DNA from: Candidatus Nanopelagicales bacterium
GTDB lineage: Bacteria > Actinomycetota > Actinomycetes > S36-B12 > UBA5976
DNA length: 64,000 nucleotides
Direction of reading: 5' to 3'
NCBI GenBank assembly: GCA_049421205.1
Contig: JBMSMQ010000002.1
Coordinates: 68,430 to 132,429 of the forward strand
The first letter of the stretch is position 1; each line of letters starts with the position of its first letter. The notes beneath the pieces are model-generated. The model had not been told where the DNA came from, did no database searches, and was given only the letters and a program-made list of their open reading frames with translations. The position numbers and the translations under genes were made by a program. This document shows positions 8,524-17,499 of this stretch, piece by piece.

Positions 8524-9290
8524 AACTTGTGAATAACTTTCGCATAAAAATTCTGAGTGCTCCTTTAGCTTGGGGATTTTTCTTTATCACTCTCTTCTTA
8601 CATATTGTGTGGCCATTGACAGATGGATCTATTCAAGCAACTCTTACCACGCTCGCGGTGCTGACATTAGCAAGTTCAAGTTTTAGTGCAGCACTCCAAA
8701 ATCTTGGAATCAAGCGCGCGCTCATCGCTTTACTCACTGTCACTTCCATGGCTTTTCTGATCGAAAAAGTCGGCTCCACAACCGGAATTCCATTTGGCAG
8801 TTATTCTTATTCTGAAATACTCAATCCGCAATTTTTTGGTGTCCCTATCGCGGTTATGTTTGCCTGGTTTGCAATGACTTGGGTAATGTGTGTGTTTGTC
8901 CAAGATATCAATGGCTCCTTGGGCAAGAAAGCAATGCTGGTAGGACTTCTCTTAACTGGATGGGACTTTTACCTCGATCCGCAAATGACATCAAAAGAGT
9001 ATTGGATTTGGAATACAACGTCTCCATCTCTACCGGGCATTCCTGAAATTCCACTTACCAATTACGTGGGATGGTTTATCTCAGGAACTTTTCTTGCGTC
9101 GGTTGTGTTATATCTGATCGGTAGCCATACAGTGGATAGAACACTTTCGAAATTAGTTGTGCTCTGGACAATCGTTGGTGGATTTATTCTCCACGCCATC
9201 TTTTGGAGAGATCTTTACATTGGACTTTGGGGCTTACTCGCTATGGGTTTACTCTGGATGGGCGTGGAGCGTTTGCGAAGAAGCCTATGA
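8520..9290 (+). CDS. cruF: Carotenoid biosynthesis membrane protein, CruF-like (carotenoid 1,2-hydratase family, PF04240-like)
   Basis: 256 aa, polytopic. GWDFYLDPQMT...WIWN...PLTNYVGWF is typical of the family. ATGA overlaps occur at both ends. Confidence 0.6.
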   Translation: MKLVNNFRIKILSAPLAWGFFFITLFLHIVWPLTDGSIQATLTTLAVLTLASSSFSAALQNLGIKRALIALLTVTSMAFLIEKVGSTTGIPFGSYSYSEILNPQFFGVPIAVMFAWFAMTWVMCVFVQDINGSLGKKAMLVGLLLTGWDFYLDPQMTSKEYWIWNTTSPSLPGIPEIPLTNYVGWFISGTFLASVVLYLIGSHTVDRTLSKLVVLWTIVGGFILHAIFWRDLYIGLWGLLAMGLLWMGVERLRRSL

Positions 9291-10390
9291 TACTCATTTC
9301 TTTCATTGTCACCCTGATTTCACTTGGACTATTTCTCAACACGACCAGAAACGTTCTACTATTGAGAAAGAAATTCCCTAAAGCCCACCAACCAAGAGTC
9401 TCTGTGCTCATCCCAGCAAGAAATGAATCAGAGTCAATACCCCAACTCGTTGCAAGTTTAAAACTACAGGACTACCCCGATTTTCATATTGTAATTCTTG
9501 ACGATGATTCAAGTGACAACACCTTTGCAATCGCGAGTGACCTCACCTCGGGCGATTCACGGTTTCTCGTACTTCAGGGTGAAAAAGAAATTCCTCAAGG
9601 ATGGCTTGGTAAACAATGGGCTTGTCATCAACTTTCTATGAAGGCCGATGGTGAAGTTCTCTGCTTCATTGATGCAGATGTGACCTTATCTCCTGCTGCA
9701 CTATCAGCGTCAATCAATCAAATGTTTGGGCTAAACGTTGACCTCATTTGTCCATACCCTCAACAACGAACATACACATTCTTCGCGCAAATAGTTCAGC
9801 CACTGTTGCAATGGTCCTGGATGGCAACCCTTCCCCTTGATCTTGCTATGAAAAGTCCTCGCCCATCCCTTAGTGCAGGTAACGGACAGCTCTTACTAGT
9901 GAAACGCGATGTTTATACGACAATCGGTGGGCATGAATCGGTGAAGTCTGAAATTCTTGAAGATATCGAACTTGTGAAGGAGGTAAAGCGCTCAGGTGGC
10001 AAAGGTGGGGTTTGGGACGGAAGCAAGATTGCAACTTGCTCGATGTATAAAACAAATGCTGAACTGTTTAACGGATATGCAAAGTCACTATGGAAAGCAT
10101 TTGGTTCAATCTTCGGAGGAGTTGCAATCTCGCTTTTTCTGCTGACACTCTTCTTGCAACCTCTATTTTTTCTCTCCGCATCAGACATAAAAATCCAGGT
10201 CTTATCGCTCCTATCAATTGGCCTCGTTCTACTCAGTCGGATCTTGGTTCATCGTCAGTTTCAATATCCAATTTCAACATCACTTTTATACCCTTTTTCC
10301 GTTATGGCATTCTTCGCTCTGATGATGGTCTCCATCACAAAGAAACAACGAGGAACTATCACTTGGAAAGCGAGAGCGTTACATGGCTAA
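9287..10390 (+). CDS. Family 2 glycosyltransferase (CruC/CrtQ-like candidate carotenoid glycosyltransferase)
   Basis: Trimmed to ATG 9287 (ATGA overlap with cruF). RVSVLIPARNESESIPQLVASL...HIVILDDDSSDNT is the GT-A DxD region, and the C-terminus has TM segments. Confidence 0.8.
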   Translation: MILISFIVTLISLGLFLNTTRNVLLLRKKFPKAHQPRVSVLIPARNESESIPQLVASLKLQDYPDFHIVILDDDSSDNTFAIASDLTSGDSRFLVLQGEKEIPQGWLGKQWACHQLSMKADGEVLCFIDADVTLSPAALSASINQMFGLNVDLICPYPQQRTYTFFAQIVQPLLQWSWMATLPLDLAMKSPRPSLSAGNGQLLLVKRDVYTTIGGHESVKSEILEDIELVKEVKRSGGKGGVWDGSKIATCSMYKTNAELFNGYAKSLWKAFGSIFGGVAISLFLLTLFLQPLFFLSASDIKIQVLSLLSIGLVLLSRILVHRQFQYPISTSLLYPFSVMAFFALMMVSITKKQRGTITWKARALHG

Positions 10391-11858
10391 AGCAATCGTT
10401 ATAGGTTCTGGTGTTGGAGGTCTATCAGTAGCACTTCGACTTCGTAATCTTGGCTATGACGTTGAGGTTGTAGAAAAATCTGAAAGCTATGGTGGAAAGT
10501 TACGGCAGTTCGAAAAAGATGGATTTAAATTTGATCTTGGACCAAACCTCTTCACCTTACCTGCGGTCTATCGAGATTTGTTTCTCAAGACAGGCAAAGC
10601 CCTTGAAGATGAAATTGACTTGATTGCTCTGGATACAGCATTCAGATATCAATTCTCGGATGGCTCAACGCTGAAACTGCCAGGAAACTCACCTAAGAGA
10701 ATCAGTAACGCCATATCTGAACAAATCTCACCTCGCGCAGGAGAAGAGTGGCTTCAGTTCATCACCCGTGCCGGTGACATGTGGCAGATCACACGAAGCC
10801 GTGTTCTTGAGCAACCCGTTACAACGCTTCGGGATTTTGGGAAAATCACACTTCGCGATATTCAAACAATCGCCCCGTGGAAAAGCCTTCGAAAATTAGC
10901 TCGTTCATATTTCACTGACCCTCGTCTTATTCATCTTGTCGACAGATATGCAACATATACCGGAAGTGACTCCAGGAGACTACCTGCAGCATTTGCAACA
11001 ATCCCTTATGTCGAACAGGAATTTGGAGCCTTTCATATAAAGGGTGGGATAACTGCACTTGCAGATGCACTTCATAAACGCTGCATTGAACGAGGTATAG
11101 CATTTCACTTTGAAACTGAAGTTTTTCAACTTGCAATATCTGCTGGCAAGGCCACAGGGGTTGAAACTTCATCTGGATTTCTACCTGCGGATTTGGTAAT
11201 CGTCAATGCGGATGCACGAGTTTTTTACGAAAAATTGATTCGGCCCGAAACAAAAAAAGAGAGGTTGAAACAACAGACGCCTTCCCTGAGTGGATTTATT
11301 CTCTGCCTTGCTGTGGATGGAATCACTCCAGATTTGGAACATCACAATGTGTGGCTCACGGATAACTACGATAAAGAGTTTGATGAAATATTTAAATCTC
11401 CAATACCTCTCACAGATCCCACGATTTACGCCTGCGTTCCACGGGATGACACAATGTCCCCAGAAGGTTCTGAGGCCTGGTTCATTTTGATTAACGCACC
11501 AGTACATAACCCTGAAAGCAGCGTGGACTGGGATGAAGCAGGACTTCCGGATTCATATGCTGATTTCGTTTTGGATCTACTTGCAAAACGGGGAACTGAC
11601 ATTCGCAATCGCGTTCGCTGGCGAGAAATCATTACACCCGCAGATATGGAAAGAGATGTTAGTGCCCCAGGAGGTGCCATCTATTCAACTGCATCTCACG
11701 GAATGATGACGACCTTTCGTCGTACGAAAAATACAACACCATTCCCGAATGTCTATTTGGTTGGAGGCTCCACCCATCCCGGTGGTGGACTTCCGCTAGT
11801 GGCAATGAGTGCAGATATAGTTGCAAACCTTATAAAGTCTGAGCATCAGAGTAATTGA
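10383..11858 (+). CDS. CrtI-family FAD-dependent carotenoid desaturase, CrtD-like
   Basis: 491 aa. The N-terminus MAKAIVIGSGVGGLSVALRL...VEKSESYGGK is a dinucleotide fold. The C-terminus is YLVGGSTHPGGGLPLVAMSA. There is an 8-nt overlap with the GT2 gene. This is the second CrtI paralog in the window. Confidence 0.8.
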   Translation: MAKAIVIGSGVGGLSVALRLRNLGYDVEVVEKSESYGGKLRQFEKDGFKFDLGPNLFTLPAVYRDLFLKTGKALEDEIDLIALDTAFRYQFSDGSTLKLPGNSPKRISNAISEQISPRAGEEWLQFITRAGDMWQITRSRVLEQPVTTLRDFGKITLRDIQTIAPWKSLRKLARSYFTDPRLIHLVDRYATYTGSDSRRLPAAFATIPYVEQEFGAFHIKGGITALADALHKRCIERGIAFHFETEVFQLAISAGKATGVETSSGFLPADLVIVNADARVFYEKLIRPETKKERLKQQTPSLSGFILCLAVDGITPDLEHHNVWLTDNYDKEFDEIFKSPIPLTDPTIYACVPRDDTMSPEGSEAWFILINAPVHNPESSVDWDEAGLPDSYADFVLDLLAKRGTDIRNRVRWREIITPADMERDVSAPGGAIYSTASHGMMTTFRRTKNTTPFPNVYLVGGSTHPGGGLPLVAMSADIVANLIKSEHQSN

Positions 11859-12547
11859 CTTTTTGCATCCTGAAATTGTTGATACAGTCCAGTTGCACTC
11901 AGAATCATGACAATTGCACTCATTCCATACAGCAGTAGCGAATCAACAGTTGGAAGTAGAAAAGCTGAAACAACAAAAAAGGTAATGACAAGTACTCGTG
12001 TCGGCCTTTCCCAGACAGTAACTTTTACTTTCACTATCGCTCTACTTCTTGCATATTCAAGCAACAAAGTTGCTGTGAGACTCAACAGTAAAGCAGTGGT
12101 GATCCATAAGGAATATCCCTCGTCATAGAGCACCCAACTGATTCCAATATAGAGAAATGATTCTTGAATACGATCATTGACGCTATCGAGGACTGCGCCG
12201 AATTTACTGGCTCTTCTTTGCAGTATTGCTAAGGCTCCATCTACCCCATCTAAAAGTAAGCCTATAAATCCCACTAGAGCGAGTGCTAACAAATTCTTGT
12301 TTATGAGGAAATATCCTGAACTCACGATAAATGTGATGCCGCTCAACAGCGTGAAGCTATTTGGAGTTAGACGAAGTCGATTGAGCAGTCGCGACACGAA
12401 AAATATGCAAGTAAGGTAGCCTCGAATCCAGACATTCGACGTCGGATTCACCCCGGAATGGAGTTCCTGCCACGATTCCAGATACTCCTGTTTTTCGGCA
12501 CTCATATGATTGAGTGTATTGGGTGCCAAAATGCTTTGCTGCCTCAT
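11846..12547 (-). CDS. CDP-alcohol phosphatidyltransferase family membrane protein
   Basis: 233 aa. DGVDGALAILQRRASKFGAVLDSVNDR fits D-x2-DG-x2-A-[R]-x8-G-x3-D-x3-D, except that the Arg is Ile. The start is uncertain (12547 or 12505). Confidence 0.8.
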   Translation of the reverse strand: MRQQSILAPNTLNHMSAEKQEYLESWQELHSGVNPTSNVWIRGYLTCIFFVSRLLNRLRLTPNSFTLLSGITFIVSSGYFLINKNLLALALVGFIGLLLDGVDGALAILQRRASKFGAVLDSVNDRIQESFLYIGISWVLYDEGYSLWITTALLLSLTATLLLEYARSRAIVKVKVTVWERPTRVLVITFFVVSAFLLPTVDSLLLYGMSAIVMILSATGLYQQFQDAKSQLL

Positions 12548-12565
12548 TCACGATAATTTGACCCT

Positions 12566-13612
12566 ATGACCTCACCCCTTGAAAGTGTGCGACTCGACAT
12601 AAATCGTGAGATTGAGATTATGCTTGAACAACAACGGCCGCTACTTCTCGAGATAAGTCCAGCACTTGGCCCAATGTTCTCTCAAGTGGAAAATCTACTT
12701 CAAGGTGGCAAGCGGCTCAGACCACTGTTTGGCTACTGCGGTATGAGAGTTGCCGGCGGTGAATGGAGCGTCTTGAATGCCAAAGCACTGACTTCACTTG
12801 AATTCTTACAAGCCTGTGCACTTATTCATGACGATGTGATGGACGATTCCAAGATGCGAAGAGGAAATCTGGCAGTTCACGAATACTTCAAGGAAATGCA
12901 TTCAACGCAATCTTTACGGGGTAATGCATACTTGTATGGGATTGGTTCAGCTATTTTGCTCGGTGATTTGTGTCTCTCCTGGGCTGATGAGTTACTTATG
13001 AAAGCCACGGATTTTTCGAGTGACGTAAAGGAACTTTGGGATATCACACGCACTGAACTTATGGCAGGACAATATCTAGATTTGTTCGCTCAAAGTTCGT
13101 TAGAACCGGATACCGCGCTAATTGATTCTGTCATTACATACAAGTCAGCCAAATATTCTGTTGAACGTCCTATGCATCTAGGAGCTGCGCTTGTTCGTCG
13201 CGATCTGATGCTCGAGCAAACCTTAAGTGCGTACGCAATTCCTCTTGGAAAGGCCTTCCAGCTTCGAGATGATGTTTTGGGTGTATTTGGCGATGAAATC
13301 GAAACTGGGAAACCATCAGGCGATGACATACGTGAGGGCAAATACACAATGTTGATTTCGCTCGCATTGGCCAATTCCAGTGAAACTGAGTCTGAAAAAC
13401 TTAAATCACTACTTGGTAAGCAGGCACTCACTGAGTCTGATATTGCGGTCGCACGAGAATTACTTCAACAACGTGCACTTCCAGAAGTTGAAGCACACGT
13501 CGAAAAACTCACGATAGAGGCTCAAAACATTGTTGATACACTTGAAACAGATACTGAAACAAAAGAACTCATGGGGCAACTCATCGTTATGGCTACCGCC
13601 AGAAAGCAGTGA
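12566..13612 (+). CDS. crtE: Polyprenyl (geranylgeranyl) diphosphate synthase
   Basis: 348 aa. The FARM motif is LIHDDVMDDSKMRRG and the SARM motif is FQLRDDVLGVFGD. Confidence 0.9.
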   Translation: MTSPLESVRLDINREIEIMLEQQRPLLLEISPALGPMFSQVENLLQGGKRLRPLFGYCGMRVAGGEWSVLNAKALTSLEFLQACALIHDDVMDDSKMRRGNLAVHEYFKEMHSTQSLRGNAYLYGIGSAILLGDLCLSWADELLMKATDFSSDVKELWDITRTELMAGQYLDLFAQSSLEPDTALIDSVITYKSAKYSVERPMHLGAALVRRDLMLEQTLSAYAIPLGKAFQLRDDVLGVFGDEIETGKPSGDDIREGKYTMLISLALANSSETESEKLKSLLGKQALTESDIAVARELLQQRALPEVEAHVEKLTIEAQNIVDTLETDTETKELMGQLIVMATARKQ

Positions 13613-13615
13613 AGT

Positions 13616-15115
13616 ATGCGAACTATCAAGAAGAACGCGGAGAAAGTCGTCGTCGTAGGTGCCGGACTTGCAGGGCTCTCGGCAGCAATGAGGCTCCGGG
13701 GTAAAGGGCTTGATGTCACTGTTCTTGAACGTGAATCCGTTGCAGGCGGCCGTGCTGGACTTATCGAAGATCAGGGATTCAAGTTTGATACGGGACCGAC
13801 GGTTCTGACGATGCCAGATTTGATTGCTGATGCCTTTGATTGCCTTGGCGAGAATATGGCGGATTGGTTGACCCTCAAAGAGGTTAGCCCGCTTTATCGA
13901 ACGTTTTTCCCAGATGGATCACAACTTGATGTTCACTCCGACACTGAAAAAATGGCAGCAGAAATTGAAAATGTCATTTCACGAGCTGAAGCTGATGGAT
14001 ATCGACGTTACGTTGACTTTGTAGCAGAACTCTACCGACTAGAAATTCGTGACTTTATTGACAGAAACATTGATACGCCAATCGATTTATTAAATCCAAA
14101 CTTCATTCGACTTCTCTCAATTGGAGGCTTTCGTAGGCTTGCGCCAAAAGTTTCCGAATACTTGAAGGATCCGCGAACTCAACGAATTTATTCATTCCAG
14201 GCTATGTATGCCGGGTTATCACCGTATGAAGCACTGGCCATATATGCAGTCATCGCATATATGGACTCTGTTGCCGGAGTTTATTTTCCTGAAGGTGGCA
14301 TGCATGCAGTACCGAGGGCGATGGCGGCAGCGCTAGAAAAGCATGGTGTGAAAATCCACTACAACACTGAAGTAAGTCATATTGAACATAACGGCAGTGA
14401 AGCGAAGGCTGCGATAACGTCAACAGGAGAACGTTACGAGGCTGATGCATTTGTATTGAATCCCGATTTGCCTGTGGCCTATCGAGATTTACTAGGAATT
14501 GAACCCTGGCAAGTGAAGCGACTCAAGTACTCACCTTCATGCTTTTTGATGTTGCTTGGTAGCAATCAACACTATAGTCAAATTGCTCATCACAATATTC
14601 ATTTTGGTAAGAGTTGGTCCGGTGTATTCGATGACCTCATCAAGAAAAAGACGCTTATGACCGATCCATCAATTCTTGTTACAAATCCAACCCGATCAGA
14701 TCCCTCTCTCGCTCCATCCGGCAAGGACATTTATTACATACTTTTCCCAACCCCAAATCTTGACAGCGACATAGACTGGAAATCAGAAACAAGCCGGTAC
14801 AGAGATGAAGTGCTTAAAACTCTTGAAGAACGCGGCTACAAGAATTTAACAGACAGTATTGAGATTGAACATATCACTACCCCACTCGAGTGGGAGCAGA
14901 GAGGAATGGAGCGAGGAGCACCGTTTGCTGCTGCTCACACATTCTTACAAACTGGTCCATTTAGACCGGGCAATCTGTGGGGTGAGAATGTTGTCTTCAC
15001 GGGATCTGGAACACAACCTGGAGTTGGAGTCCCGATGGTTCTCATATCAGGACGCTTGGCTGCTGAGCGAATCCTTGGAAAAGACGCAACGTATGTATCG
15101 CGTGCTTGGCGCTAA
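13616..15115 (+). CDS. crtI: Phytoene desaturase
   Basis: 499 aa. VVVVGAGLAGLSAAMRL...LERESVAGGR at the N-terminus, FTGSGTQPGVGVPMVLISG at the C-terminus. It is flanked by crtE and (after one gene) crtB. Confidence 0.9.
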   Translation: MRTIKKNAEKVVVVGAGLAGLSAAMRLRGKGLDVTVLERESVAGGRAGLIEDQGFKFDTGPTVLTMPDLIADAFDCLGENMADWLTLKEVSPLYRTFFPDGSQLDVHSDTEKMAAEIENVISRAEADGYRRYVDFVAELYRLEIRDFIDRNIDTPIDLLNPNFIRLLSIGGFRRLAPKVSEYLKDPRTQRIYSFQAMYAGLSPYEALAIYAVIAYMDSVAGVYFPEGGMHAVPRAMAAALEKHGVKIHYNTEVSHIEHNGSEAKAAITSTGERYEADAFVLNPDLPVAYRDLLGIEPWQVKRLKYSPSCFLMLLGSNQHYSQIAHHNIHFGKSWSGVFDDLIKKKTLMTDPSILVTNPTRSDPSLAPSGKDIYYILFPTPNLDSDIDWKSETSRYRDEVLKTLEERGYKNLTDSIEIEHITTPLEWEQRGMERGAPFAAAHTFLQTGPFRPGNLWGENVVFTGSGTQPGVGVPMVLISGRLAAERILGKDATYVSRAWR

Positions 15116-16550
15116 TCCGCATATCAAGCACTATGCATATACACTTCTAGGTGCAATTCTTCTCGGTTACGCAGCTCTCGCCTTGGGTTGGTTACCTCCG
15201 CTTTTTGATACATCAGTCAATACTCTTTTGAACTTTGCACGAGGAACTGACGTGGGGATACTTCTGGGAAGAATTGCTATTGTAATTGCGACAGGAATCA
15301 TCATAAGCCAATGGCTTGTCTTGGGCTCAAACATTCGCAAAGGAATCGACAATTCACATCTGCAATGGCGACTTTTCTGGATATGGACTCTGCCACTTGT
15401 CTTTGCACCAGCGATTTTTTCAAGAGATGTGTATTCTTATATAGCCCAGGGAAGACTGGTTCTCGCAGGGCTTAACCCCTATGTTGATGGGGTATCGGTA
15501 GTGCCAGGGTGGTTTCACCTTGGTGTTGATCCTTTATGGGCAACCACACCAACTCCATACGGTCAACTTTGGGTTTTGATTGAAGCAGGTGTTACTTCAC
15601 TTACACCAGACTCTCCTTACTGGTCGATGGTTCTCTTCCGAGTACTTTCAATCCTTGCAGTGGTTTCGATGGCGATAGGTATTTTGAAATTAGCGCATCA
15701 CTTTCAGGTATCGTCATCACTTGCACTTTGGTTATCACTCACAAATCCTCTTACTCTTTTTCATCTCATTGGCGCAGCTCATAATGACAGCTTTATGCTT
15801 GCTTTACTTATCTGGGCTTTTTACTTTTCTACAAAATCTAACCGAAGTTTTGCCGTACTTCTCGTTATCTGTGCGGGACTTATCAAGCCAATTGCATTAC
15901 TTGCTTTGGTTGTTGTTGTGCTCGGGCCAGACTTATCACTGAAGCAGAAATTCACTCGTTGGTTGTTAGCCATAAGCGCGGCTATCGCTTTGCTTAGTTT
16001 CATTGGGGTCGCCTCATCATTTGGTCTCGAATGGATTCGAGCCCTCTCGGCGCCTGGAGAAGTGCTGACGCTCCTCTCTCCTAGTAGCACATTTGGATAC
16101 CTACTTGGACTTCTCACTGAAACATTCTCAATAGCAAGCATTGACGTTGTACTCTCAATCGTTCGAATTGCTATTTTTGGAGCAGCACTTGTTGGTATAG
16201 CTATTTACCTCGTCCAAACTCGTGCCCAAAATATCGTACGGGTGGGCGCATATACCTTTGCCATCGTGGTGATTGCATCCCCAGTACTTCAACCTTGGTA
16301 TGTTTTGTGGGTATTACTATTGATTTCCCCGATTGGAATAAGGAGTGTCTTGCATCTCAGACTTGCGGTGTTTACCACGATTTTTCTCGTGGCGTATTCA
16401 ACTATCGAAGTCGAGGTTGCTCGTGATTTCAACTTAAGTTTTGGAGATTTTGTCTCTGTACTAGCAGTTTTCCTGGTAATGCTTCTTACCTTCATTACAA
16501 GTAAGCGAGTTCGAGATCTCGTTTCAGATATTGGTGCAGGTGACCGATGA
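15093..16550 (+). CDS. Polytopic GT-C type glycosyltransferase, MptB-like (polyprenol-phosphate-mannose-dependent alpha-1,6-mannosyltransferase family)
   Basis: The track ORF starts at 14859. I trimmed it to ATG 15093, the first start that gives a hydrophobic N-terminus. About 485 aa with more than 10 TM segments. The first periplasmic loop, SRDVYSYIAQGRLVLAGLNPYVDG...DPLWATTPTPYGQLW, is the acidic DxYxY-type loop of the MptA/MptB/PimE class. It overlaps crtI by 23 nt and crtB by ATGA. Confidence 0.65.
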   Translation: MYRVLGANPHIKHYAYTLLGAILLGYAALALGWLPPLFDTSVNTLLNFARGTDVGILLGRIAIVIATGIIISQWLVLGSNIRKGIDNSHLQWRLFWIWTLPLVFAPAIFSRDVYSYIAQGRLVLAGLNPYVDGVSVVPGWFHLGVDPLWATTPTPYGQLWVLIEAGVTSLTPDSPYWSMVLFRVLSILAVVSMAIGILKLAHHFQVSSSLALWLSLTNPLTLFHLIGAAHNDSFMLALLIWAFYFSTKSNRSFAVLLVICAGLIKPIALLALVVVVLGPDLSLKQKFTRWLLAISAAIALLSFIGVASSFGLEWIRALSAPGEVLTLLSPSSTFGYLLGLLTETFSIASIDVVLSIVRIAIFGAALVGIAIYLVQTRAQNIVRVGAYTFAIVVIASPVLQPWYVLWVLLLISPIGIRSVLHLRLAVFTTIFLVAYSTIEVEVARDFNLSFGDFVSVLAVFLVMLLTFITSKRVRDLVSDIGAGDR

Positions 16551-17449
16551 GCAGATCCGAACTAAAAGCGGCTGGAATTTATGACCCAGATCTTCAAAAA
16601 TCGTATGAACTGTGCAAGAAACTCAACCGTCAACACGGGAAAACCTACTACCTAGCAACGCTCCTCTTGCCCCCTGCAAAGAGACCGTATGTGCACGCTT
16701 TGTATGGATTTGCACGTTATGCGGACGAGATAGTTGACAACCTTGCTTCGACTTTATCTCCAGAAGAGAAAGCCACATGGCTCGACGAATGGAGCGCCCA
16801 GTTCTTTCGAGAACTTGAAACAGGTCAGTCTTCCGATCCAATTACGCGAGCGACCATAGACACCATCAATCGCTGGAATATCCCAATTGAACACTTTCAC
16901 GCCTTCATACACTCAATGAAAATGGATTTGACTATTACTCGCTACAACACTTATGAGGATTTGTATGAGTACGTCTACGGTTCGGCTGCAGTGATTGGCC
17001 TACAAATGGTGCCGATTCTTGAGCCAAGAGATCAACGAGCCTACGACTATGCCCAACAACTCGGTATTGCCTTTCAATTAGCAAACTTCATCCGAGATGT
17101 CGGTGAAGACCTAGAACGAGGTCGTGTTTATTTACCAATGGAAGAACTTAAACACTTCGGAGTTACAGAAGAAATGCTTGCTAATCGAAAAGTAACCCCC
17201 GAGATAAAAGCAGCGCTCGCCTTTCAGATAGCCAGAGTGAAAAGACTTGAACAGGAATCGCGAGCAGGAATAGCACTTTTGCACCCAACGAGTCGGCCTT
17301 GCATTGAAGCAGCACGAATCTTGTATTGCGCAATTGTGGACGAGGTAAGCCGAAATGACTTTGACGTATTTACTAAGCGTGCAAAGGTTTCTCTTTCCAA
17401 GAGACTCAGAGTTGCGTTTCGCGCCCGGCTTCAACTTCAGAGGGCATAA
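16547..17449 (+). CDS. crtB: Phytoene synthase
   Basis: 300 aa. YGFARYADEIVD, YGSAAVIGLQM and FQLANFIRDVGEDLERGRVYLP are squalene/phytoene synthase signatures. Confidence 0.92.
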   Translation: MSRSELKAAGIYDPDLQKSYELCKKLNRQHGKTYYLATLLLPPAKRPYVHALYGFARYADEIVDNLASTLSPEEKATWLDEWSAQFFRELETGQSSDPITRATIDTINRWNIPIEHFHAFIHSMKMDLTITRYNTYEDLYEYVYGSAAVIGLQMVPILEPRDQRAYDYAQQLGIAFQLANFIRDVGEDLERGRVYLPMEELKHFGVTEEMLANRKVTPEIKAALAFQIARVKRLEQESRAGIALLHPTSRPCIEAARILYCAIVDEVSRNDFDVFTKRAKVSLSKRLRVAFRARLQLQRA

Positions 17450-17456
17450 AAACGTT

Positions 17457-17486
17457 GAAGGGGTGAAGCAACTGCTTCACCCCTTC
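17457..17486. terminator. Bidirectional intrinsic terminator hairpin between convergent crtB and nrdJ
   Basis: Perfect 12-bp stem GAAGGGGTGAAG, loop CAACTG, CTTCACCCCTTC. On the minus strand it is followed by AACGTTTTTATG (U-run), so it is a good terminator for nrdJ and a weaker one for crtB. Confidence 0.8.
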
Positions 17487-17499
17487 GCTCGTTGAGTTA

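Noticed and set aside
14859-15092. N-terminal 78-codon extension of the GT-C ORF in the track
   Set aside because: The extension lies entirely inside crtI in another frame and is hydrophilic junk. The first plausible start giving the TM-rich protein is ATG 15093.
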